Shown here piece after piece: positions 28,170 through 34,931 of a stretch of 34,931 nucleotides of DNA. Source of the stretch: Minisyncoccota bacterium (GTDB lineage: Bacteria; Patescibacteriota; Minisyncoccia; Phycocordibacterales; UBA2135); contig JBBDJW010000004.1 in NCBI GenBank assembly GCA_040879685.1, positions 1 through 34,931 on the forward strand. Direction: 5' to 3'. The notes below the pieces were generated by a model, which saw only the letters and a program-made list of their open reading frames with translations, ran no database searches and was not told the DNA's origin. Numbering within the stretch: position 1 is the first letter of the stretch; each line of letters starts with the position of its first letter. A program made the translations under genes and the position numbers.

Positions 28170-29834
28170 ATGTCAAAGAAAAATCATAAATATATATTTG
28201 TCATAGGTGGTGTTATGTCGGGAGTCGGCAAGGGCATCGCGGTTTCCTCGGTTGGAAACATCCTTCAAGCGAAGGGATATAAAGTTAACCTCGTAAAAAT
28301 TGATCCTTACTTAAATGTTGATGCCGGAACAATGAATCCCACTGAACATGGCGAGACTTTTGTCTTAGCTAGCGGTCTTGAGTGTGATCAAGATATGGGG
28401 AATTATGAGCGTTTTCTCAGTAAAGAACTTTCGCCGCATTCATATATTACCAGCGGAATGGTATATAAGTATGTCATAGATAAAGAGCGCAATCTTGGCT
28501 ATAAAGGAAAGTGTGTGGAAGCAATACCACATATTAGAGAAGAGATTCTCCGTAGAATTAAAAAATCTATCGGGGTGAATGGTTCTGAGGTTTCTGTTAT
28601 TGAAATTGGTGGAACCATCGGAGATTATCAAAATGCAATGTTTGTTGAGGCAGCTCGTGTTTTAAAATTAGAAAATCCTAAGGACGTTGTCTTTATAATG
28701 GTAAGCTACTTACCTATCCCCGGAAAATTGGGTGAAATGAAAACACGCCCAACACAAAACGCAATTCGGGCACTAAATTCATATGGTGTTCAACCTGATT
28801 TTATTATCGCGCGAAGTTCAGCGCCTCTTGATAAGCAGCGCAAAGAAAAGATTGCAACAGCCTGCAACATTAAGCCAAGCTACGTTATTTCAGCACCTGA
28901 TATTGAAAGCATCTATGATGTACCGCTTAATTTTGAGAAAGATAATATCGGTACAATGATTCTGGAGGCACTTTCTTTGGATAAAGGAAAAAATCGCGGC
29001 GATATGCGTAGCTGGAGAAACTTTGTTACTAAGATAAAAAAGGTAAAAAAAGAAATAAATATTGCCATTGTGGGGAAATATTTTGAGACAGGTGATTTTG
29101 TGCTCGCGGATGCATATCTCTCTGTTATTGAAGCGATAAAATACTCATCTTACCATGCGGGGAGGAAGCCTGTGGTACACTGGCTTTCTTCTGATGTGTA
29201 TGAGAAAGATGCAAAAAAATTAAAAGAGCTTCAAAAGTATGACGGCATTATTATTCCGGGAGGATTTGGTTCGCGAGGGGTTGAAGGGAAAATAGCTGTT
29301 GCCGGGTATGCCCGAAAAAATAAAATTCCTTACTTTGGGCTCTGCTATGGTATGCACATGATGGTGATTGAGTATGCCCGCAATGTCGCACGGCTAAAGG
29401 GAGCACACACGATTGAGGTTGACCCAAAAACATCACACCCCGTAATTGATATTCTTCCTGAACAGAAAGAAAATCTTAAACGGACCAATTATGGAGGAAC
29501 AATGCGCTTAGGTGTATATCGTGCGAATCTGAAAAAAAATACGCTTGCACAGAAAGTATACGGTAGTGGGAGTATTAATGAACGACACCGCCACCGCTAT
29601 GAGGTCAATCCTGAGTATGTTACGCGCCTTGAAGAAGCAGGCCTTGTTTTTTCTGGTGCTTCACCAAATAATCTGCTTATGGAAATAGCTGAATTACCGG
29701 AGCGCGAACATCCTTTTTATCTTGCTACGCAGTTTCATCCGGAATTTACCGCACGGCCACTTGCTCCGCATCCCCTCTATAACGCATTTATAAAGGCCTC
29801 TGTCAAAAGGAGTGAACGAAAAAAGAAAGCGTAA
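28170..29834 (+). CDS. pyrG: CTP synthase
   Basis: KYIFV.GGVMSGVGKG, KIDPYLNVDAGTM, GLCYGM, ERHRHRYE, QFHPE. Confidence 0.97.
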   Translation: MSKKNHKYIFVIGGVMSGVGKGIAVSSVGNILQAKGYKVNLVKIDPYLNVDAGTMNPTEHGETFVLASGLECDQDMGNYERFLSKELSPHSYITSGMVYKYVIDKERNLGYKGKCVEAIPHIREEILRRIKKSIGVNGSEVSVIEIGGTIGDYQNAMFVEAARVLKLENPKDVVFIMVSYLPIPGKLGEMKTRPTQNAIRALNSYGVQPDFIIARSSAPLDKQRKEKIATACNIKPSYVISAPDIESIYDVPLNFEKDNIGTMILEALSLDKGKNRGDMRSWRNFVTKIKKVKKEINIAIVGKYFETGDFVLADAYLSVIEAIKYSSYHAGRKPVVHWLSSDVYEKDAKKLKELQKYDGIIIPGGFGSRGVEGKIAVAGYARKNKIPYFGLCYGMHMMVIEYARNVARLKGAHTIEVDPKTSHPVIDILPEQKENLKRTNYGGTMRLGVYRANLKKNTLAQKVYGSGSINERHRHRYEVNPEYVTRLEEAGLVFSGASPNNLLMEIAELPEREHPFYLATQFHPEFTARPLAPHPLYNAFIKASVKRSERKKKA

Positions 29835-29850
29835 GCCTGACCATATTTTT

Positions 29851-30492
29851 TTAATATGATCTCGGAGGAGTATCGCCTCTCGTAAAGTACTTGTAGCCAA
29901 AAAACATTATCACGAGAGAAACAACGCCAATAAGAATAATGTAAACCAAGGAGAGCGATGAAGTGTAGGCAAAGACAAAAGCAAACGGCGTGATCCCGAT
30001 AAGTGTTGCAAGGGCAAAAAGAGAAGTTCTCATAGGAACAAAAAGCCCAACCGCATACGAGAGAAGGTCAACGGGAATAACCATACGAGCAAAAAGAACA
30101 GTCCAGAAAACATTGTGCGTAAGAAGCCCCGCACCGAGTGCTTCCACCTTTCGTATATCAAAAAATCGCTCAATAATTGGTCTGCCGTACCTGCGCGCCA
30201 AAAGGAAGGCAATGATACTTCCTAATGTCCATGCGGTAATTGAGAGAAGTGCCGCGGTGAAGCTCCCCCATGACGCGACAGCAACAGGTAAAATAGGAAG
30301 CGTGGAGACCGGCGCAATGACTGTCTCAAAGGTTGCAAAGAGTACATAGGCGACCATGCCCCAGCCATTATAACTTGTAATGAGCATTTTAATTTGAGGT
30401 TGGTATGCTTGCGAGAGATACGCTGACACAATAAAAAGGATTGCAACAACCGCAATGACAACAAGCTCTCCCTTGCTTATGTAACGAGACAT
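29851..30492 (-). CDS. VTT/DedA (TVP38/TMEM64, SNARE-associated) membrane protein
   Basis: LGSIIAFLLARRYGR, R..IP.DLLSYAVGL, ATLIGITP. Start at MSRY chosen from a -10 box 7 nt upstream. Confidence 0.88.
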   Translation of the reverse strand: MSRYISKGELVVIAVVAILFIVSAYLSQAYQPQIKMLITSYNGWGMVAYVLFATFETVIAPVSTLPILPVAVASWGSFTAALLSITAWTLGSIIAFLLARRYGRPIIERFFDIRKVEALGAGLLTHNVFWTVLFARMVIPVDLLSYAVGLFVPMRTSLFALATLIGITPFAFVFAYTSSLSLVYIILIGVVSLVIMFFGYKYFTRGDTPPRSY

Positions 30493-30504
30493 TGTCTTTA
30501 TCAT

Positions 30505-30539
30505 AACAAAACCCCGCGCGTAATGCGCGGGGTTTTGTT
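30505..30539 (-). terminator. Intrinsic terminator after small lysine-rich ORF
   Basis: AACAAAACCCCGCGC-GTAAT-GCGCGGGGTTTTGTT. Confidence 0.85.
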
Positions 30540-30610
30540 TAAAGAGTCTTAACCTTGCCTTTTTTAGGCTTCTTCTTCTCTTTTTTTTGTTTATCTCTTC
30601 CTTTGGACAT
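30539..30610 (-). CDS. Small lysine-rich peptide (23 aa, MSKGRDKQKKEKKKPKKGKVKTL)
   Basis: Translated by hand, ATG 30610 to TAA 30539. It ends exactly at a strong terminator and is below the ORF-track cutoff. Confidence 0.6.
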   Translation of the reverse strand: MSKGRDKQKKEKKKPKKGKVKTL

Positions 30611-30890
30611 AGAATAATGATTAAGCTTATAAATTGAAGGGGAAGATGTTTATTTTTTCATTGGACCAGAGTAGTTAACGATAATGATACTTCTATGATA
30701 ACATAAATCCGTTCCTTATGGTTCTATGGGGTTTCAACAACAAAAAATCCCTATAGTTTCTGTTCATAGAGCCCTGTTTATCTCTTAAAAAAGTTATCAA
30801 CATTTTGGTTTCAATGGCCCCCTTTGCTTGATATAATAAAGCCGAGGTAAGGGACCACTTACTCGTACTGGTATATAACTATTTTTTATT

Positions 30891-31085
30891 ATGAATGGAC
30901 TCAAATGGGTTTCAATGATACTTGTTGTCATTGGAGGATTGAACTGGGGTCTTGTCGGATTTTTCGGATTTGACCTTGTTGCGACGCTCTTTGGTGACAT
31001 GTCAAGTCTCTCTCGCGTTGTCTACGCGTTGGTAGGTCTTGGCGCACTCCATGTAGCGTTCCTTTCTCCTTCACTGATGCGATAA
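30891..31085 (+). CDS. DUF378 small membrane protein
   Basis: LVVIGGLNWGLVG.F.FDLV..LFG..S..SRVVY.LVGL.A. Confidence 0.92.
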   Translation: MNGLKWVSMILVVIGGLNWGLVGFFGFDLVATLFGDMSSLSRVVYALVGLGALHVAFLSPSLMR

Positions 31086-31108
31086 TCTCTAAGAAACCAC
31101 TATCTTTA

Positions 31109-31134
31109 AAAAGAGAGGCGAACGCCTCTCTTTT
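31109..31134. terminator. Bidirectional terminator between convergent genes
   Basis: AAAAGAGAGGCG-AA-CGCCTCTCTTTT. Confidence 0.8.
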
Positions 31135-31141
31135 GTTGTGT

Positions 31142-31591
31142 TTATTCTCTGAATCGTACACGAATTTCATAGGCATCGTCATGCTCGGCTAATCCTGAGG
31201 CGTTTGCCTTTTGAAATATAAGATGACCCCAATCAGAAAAATCACCACTATCTTCCGGTTCTTCAAATTCCAACTTTCCCTCAAAAGGAACAAACTCTGT
31301 TGTCATCCACTCACCATGGGCTTCTGCGTAGCTCTGGGCGATAATTCTTCCGTCCCAGTCGGTAAGAACAATGGGGAAAGTTGCCTCAAAATACCAATTT
31401 CCTCGTGCCTCTCCCTTTACTATAAGCGGGTTCCCAATCAGGCCTCCTTCTTGATGGGAGCTAACAGTAATCAACTGATGAGAAGAGGGAATTTCTTTTT
31501 GTTCTTCTCCCCTATTCCATAAGCCCCAGAGTGTGAGCACAACAACAAGGATAATGAGGGCAATAATAAGATGGTAAAGATTTTTAAGCAT
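31142..31591 (-). CDS. Gmad2 immunoglobulin-like domain membrane protein
   Basis: TM, then PL.V.GEARGNWYFEATFP...WMTTEFVPF...NASGL. Confidence 0.85.
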   Translation of the reverse strand: MLKNLYHLIIALIILVVVLTLWGLWNRGEEQKEIPSSHQLITVSSHQEGGLIGNPLIVKGEARGNWYFEATFPIVLTDWDGRIIAQSYAEAHGEWMTTEFVPFEGKLEFEEPEDSGDFSDWGHLIFQKANASGLAEHDDAYEIRVRFRE

Positions 31592-31634
31592 AAGAATATC
31601 GTAGCATAGAAAAGCTCTGTGATATAATAGTGTA

Positions 31635-31988
31635 ATGAAAGATAAAATCACCCTTTACGAAAAATCCACGTGTACCAAATGCCGACAGACGGAAAAAATA
31701 TTGCGAGAAAAAGGAGTTTCTTTTGAGCAGGTATATTATCACGAAACGCCGCTTAGTAAAGAGAAGCTCGCACAACTCATAGATAAAATGGGCATTTCTC
31801 CGCGAGAGCTTTTACGGACGGGGGAAGAGCTCTATAAAGAACTCGGCATCAAAGACAAGGAGTTTGCAGACGATGAGCTTATTGCCCTTATGAGAGAGCA
31901 CCCGGATTTAATGCAACGCCCCATTGCCGAGAAAGGTGAAAAAGCAGTGCTCGCGCGCCCTCCGGAGAAAATTCTTGAATTGCTTTAA
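31635..31988 (+). CDS. ArsC/Spx family arsenate reductase-like protein
   Basis: Y....CTKCR, LLR, HPDLMQRPI, ARPPE. Confidence 0.9.
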   Translation: MKDKITLYEKSTCTKCRQTEKILREKGVSFEQVYYHETPLSKEKLAQLIDKMGISPRELLRTGEELYKELGIKDKEFADDELIALMREHPDLMQRPIAEKGEKAVLARPPEKILELL

Positions 31989-32006
31989 TCTTGTCGCGCC
32001 AATAAT

Positions 32007-32426
32007 TTAGACAAGATCGTCCAAATTTGGCTCTTGATAGCTTGGTCCTTTTTGAACCTTTCCATCTTCTCGGTAGAGAGGTTTGCCGTCCTCACCGAGC
32101 TTGCTCATGTTTGAGATATGAACACGGAGAAAGGCTTCTCTAAAATTCTGAAATGGCCGCAGTGAGACAACGGTGCCCGAGAGAACAACTTGTACGTCCG
32201 CAAGCTCTTTGAGCATTTTAAGATAGAGTTCCTTGGGGATCTCCTCGCCGTTTTTAAGTTTTAAAATCGCGCTATCAAGTTCAGAAAAAAATTCTTTCAC
32301 TTCCTCTTCAATTAAGGTTTTTCGCAATTCCAAAAGTTTAATATTCGGTTCTTCATTAAGCTGGAGTGAAAATACCTCGTGGAATTCTCGTATGCAATCC
32401 TCATAACTTTTCTTTTCTAAATTCAT
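32007..32426 (-). CDS. MazG-like / PRA-PH nucleoside triphosphate pyrophosphohydrolase
   Basis: EFH..F, LIEEE..E, KELAD, VH.SNMSKL..DGKP..REDGKV.KGP.Y. Confidence 0.88.
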   Translation of the reverse strand: MNLEKKSYEDCIREFHEVFSLQLNEEPNIKLLELRKTLIEEEVKEFFSELDSAILKLKNGEEIPKELYLKMLKELADVQVVLSGTVVSLRPFQNFREAFLRVHISNMSKLGEDGKPLYREDGKVQKGPSYQEPNLDDLV

Positions 32427-32630
32427 ATCTTCATTTTACCAATTCGACGGGCATCGAGAACTTTAAAAGCATTAAAAAAATGCACCGCGTCTTTTTTATT
32501 AAATTGTAGAATTTATTCCACTCTTACCTGTTGCCACTTTTATCAAATATCCTGCCTGGCATTTTTAAAAAGTCTTTTATATCCTCCAATACCTCAACCT
32601 CCTGCTTGTGCACTTTTAAAGTGCACAAGC

Positions 32631-32969
32631 CTACGAAGTGCTTTCAAACTCGTATCCTGCCTGCATCCATCCAGCCAAACCATCTACATAATGTCCAATA
32701 TTTTTGTACCCGGCCTCTTCCAATGCGTCAGCAGCGAGCGCAGAAAGTTGACAGCCATTTGACGCGCAATAGGTGATGATAGGTGCATCTTTTGGCGCCC
32801 CCACCCTCTCTTCAAAGTGCTTTGCAAAATCAGGACCATAGGGAACGCTGTACGCTTTTGGTATGTGTTGTCCTTTGTAACTGTTTTCAGCGAGCGTATC
32901 TATAAGATAAAAATTTTCTTTGGTGTCTAATTTTTGCTTTACTTCTTCTGTTGAAATAGTTTTTGCCAT
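32631..32969 (-). CDS. Rhodanese-like domain protein
   Basis: LID......Y...HIP.A, IITYCAS..C..S, GY.N...Y..GL..W..AGY. Confidence 0.92.
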   Translation of the reverse strand: MAKTISTEEVKQKLDTKENFYLIDTLAENSYKGQHIPKAYSVPYGPDFAKHFEERVGAPKDAPIITYCASNGCQLSALAADALEEAGYKNIGHYVDGLAGWMQAGYEFESTS

Positions 32970-33183
32970 AGTTTGTTCATAGTTTAGTTAATAAAAAAGC
33001 TTATGAGAGACCTCTCTCTGTGGCATATAGTAACATAGAAAAAATCTCTATAGTAGGTCTGTTCTTAATATCAGAAATTATGAAAAATATATGTTCAAGG
33101 AGGGAGCAATACTTGGGAAGCAAGAGCTACTCACAATCTTCCAAGGCAAGTTATTGTTTGAGGATTGAAAGTTGAGGGTAGAG

Positions 33184-33221
33184 TAAAGTAAAATCACCCA
33201 ATTTTGGGTGATTTTACTTTA
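33184..33221 (-). terminator. Intrinsic terminator
   Basis: TAAAGTAAAATCACCCA-ATTT-TGGGTGATTTTACTTTA just after the minus-strand stop. Confidence 0.75.
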
Positions 33222-33238
33222 TTTATGATATTAAGAGA

Positions 33239-34312
33239 TTACGGCCTTCCTTCTTGTGATCCGGAGGTAACCGGAATGTTAACAGGGTTTCCTCCTGCGT
33301 CAATTTCGGTTTCATTTTCAATTTCTCTTTCTTCTTCTTCTCCTTCATTACTCCCTTCTCTTCCTTGCGAAGGAATAAATTGGCTTATGTCTACCGGAGC
33401 ATTGCTGGCACCGGTTGGCTCAGACGCATCACCACGTTCTTGTTCTTGCGGGCGTGTTGGGATTGAGGGTCGCAGATTTTGTACACGACTGGCATCATTA
33501 ATCGCGCGCTCTATACTCTCTTGCGCTTCAGCAGGAACACGAGATTGTACATCTTGCAGTATCTCAAGATAGCGAGATGTTGCGCGCTCCATCAATTCTT
33601 CAACGGTTGTATCACCAGTCTGTAGTCCTTCGGCAAGAGCAGAGATTTCTCTACCAAATTCCGCATACTCGCCAAACTCGTTCAATGCTTCTTCTACATC
33701 TTTCTCTTCTTCACTATCATCTCCTCCGCTCTCAGCTCGTGCGTTTGCCGCGTTAAGGCGTCCTTCTGCCGCTCGAGCAAAGATATCAATTGCGCGTTCT
33801 GGATCACGCTGTGCAATATCACGAAGCGATTCTATCTGTCCTTGCAGGGAGCGCTCTTTTGACGCCTGAATAGAAGCTTTCGCTTGTTCGGGAACCCGCG
33901 CAAGTACGCTATCAAGCGCGGTGAGATGCTTGGTCGTTGCGTCGGTTACCTGTGCTTCAAGGTCAAGTTCTCCTGTTTTGGTTGCTCGCTCTTTTGCTTT
34001 GGTAATTTGTTCTTCATAGCGAGCAACTGCTTCTTGTGCTCGTTCATCACCTTGATCGGCAAGCACCTGTGCTTCAGCGAGACGCTCTTCTGCGAGTGCA
34101 AGGTAGAGAGTCGCTTTGGCAGAATTGCTAAACGCAAAGAAGATGCTAATACCTTCAAAAAATCTATCTGCAAAATAGAATGGACTTCCCGGCACGGAGC
34201 CGGCTGACGGAAGATCACTCGTTTGCGCGCTTACCGGCCCGACAACCGCAAATGCCAGAAAGAGTAGCATGGCTACCTGTGCTGTGCCGAGTCTCTGTAG
34301 TGTCTTTTTCAT
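33239..34312 (-). CDS. Secreted helical protein, DUF5667-like
   Basis: Signal peptide VSA|Q; LP.AG..PGSPFYF.DR..E.I...F.F....KA...L..AEERLAE; internal helical repeats; acidic tail. Confidence 0.8.
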   Translation of the reverse strand: MKKTLQRLGTAQVAMLLFLAFAVVGPVSAQTSDLPSAGSVPGSPFYFADRFFEGISIFFAFSNSAKATLYLALAEERLAEAQVLADQGDERAQEAVARYEEQITKAKERATKTGELDLEAQVTDATTKHLTALDSVLARVPEQAKASIQASKERSLQGQIESLRDIAQRDPERAIDIFARAAEGRLNAANARAESGGDDSEEEKDVEEALNEFGEYAEFGREISALAEGLQTGDTTVEELMERATSRYLEILQDVQSRVPAEAQESIERAINDASRVQNLRPSIPTRPQEQERGDASEPTGASNAPVDISQFIPSQGREGSNEGEEEEREIENETEIDAGGNPVNIPVTSGSQEGRP

Positions 34313-34538
34313 AAAAATTATTTTAATGATTTATATTAATAAGAAGGTGATTTATATGATATTAGATCACCATATATAATTTTAGTATATCTTTCATTAT
34401 ATCATATATTATAGGGGTGAGTAAATATGTCGGGGAAACCGAAAAATCACCCCTGCGGGTGTTTTTTTTGTCTGGATAGCGCACAGAGAGAGGTTGCTCA
34501 ATACTTTTTGCTAATGTGTCGTCCTTATGAATACAAAG

Positions 34539-34838
34539 TTACTTCGTCTTGCTCAATCGCAAAAGCTTGCGAATGATAATGAATATAATAAACGCTAGAA
34601 TAAGGAAGTTGAGAAGTTCGGCGAGGAATGCGCCGTAGCGAATGGTTGCATCGCCAACAGTAAAGGTCGCCTCAGCCCATGTTTCGCTTGGCAGGAGAAG
34701 AGTGATAAGGGGCATAAAGATATCTTTTACCAGTGAGTTAACAAGCGCGGTGCTTGCCACACCCATCACAAAGGCAACCGCAAGGGCGACGATATTGTAG
34801 TCTTTTAAAAAAGTAATAAACTCTTCTTTTAATTCCAT
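34539..34838 (-). CDS. mscL: Large-conductance mechanosensitive channel
   Basis: EF..FL...NIVALAVAFVMG.A...LVNSLV.DI.MP; YGAFL..LLNFLILAFIIF. Confidence 0.92.
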   Translation of the reverse strand: MELKEEFITFLKDYNIVALAVAFVMGVASTALVNSLVKDIFMPLITLLLPSETWAEATFTVGDATIRYGAFLAELLNFLILAFIIFIIIRKLLRLSKTK

Positions 34839-34874
34839 ATGTATATTTTTATTGCCATTTTTTTTCAGGAGACT

Positions 34875-34931
34875 TGGCTGCCGGACTTGGACTCGAACCA
34901 AGATTACAGGTACCAGAGACCCCGCCTGACA
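34875..34931 (-). tRNA. tRNA-Gln(CTG), 3' part, truncated by window edge
   Basis: Minus strand ...GGT-CTCTGGT-ACC...CTTGG-TTCGAGT-CCAAG-TCCGGCA-G-CCA. Confidence 0.85.

Noticed and set aside
32520-32630. Short minus-strand frame (VHKQEVEVLEDIKDFLKMPGRIF) vaguely like a LAGLIDADG fragment, plus palindrome CTTGTGCAC...GTGCACAAG
   Set aside because: Too short for an assignment. The palindrome is adequately explained as a terminator-like hairpin after the rhodanese gene.

Overview
A gene-dense, AT-rich chromosomal segment using the standard bacterial code (TGA is a stop; RF2 has SPF). Gene content points to a Patescibacteria/CPR (Parcubacteria-like) genome; this is an inference. The core part holds comF, a complete type IV pilus cluster without pilQ (pilM-N-O-hyp-pilB-pilT-pilC-pilA-pilD plus four minor pilins), ligA, gatCA, five tRNAs, a shortened prfB, ftsEX, pyrG, small housekeeping genes, mscL and a partial tRNA-Gln. 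The first ~7.6 kb is accessory. It has a tRNA-Ser 3'-end remnant, then unrelated genes separated by a conserved multi-part repeat (cassette-array-like), a GC-rich gene resembling an orphan DGR target, and a dead Y1/RAYT-like transposase inside a perfect 22-bp inverted repeat. The most striking signals are: (i) the repeat-delimited gene array; (ii) related in-frame, hairpin-rich inserts at the G|FT prepilin cleavage-site codons of three minor pilin leaders, two with a clear duplication of those codons; (iii) miniature structured elements built on inverted plus direct copies of tRNA T-arms; (iv) a pervasive '-10 box + ~6 nt + ATG' leaderless architecture. All calls were made by eye, with no database searches.
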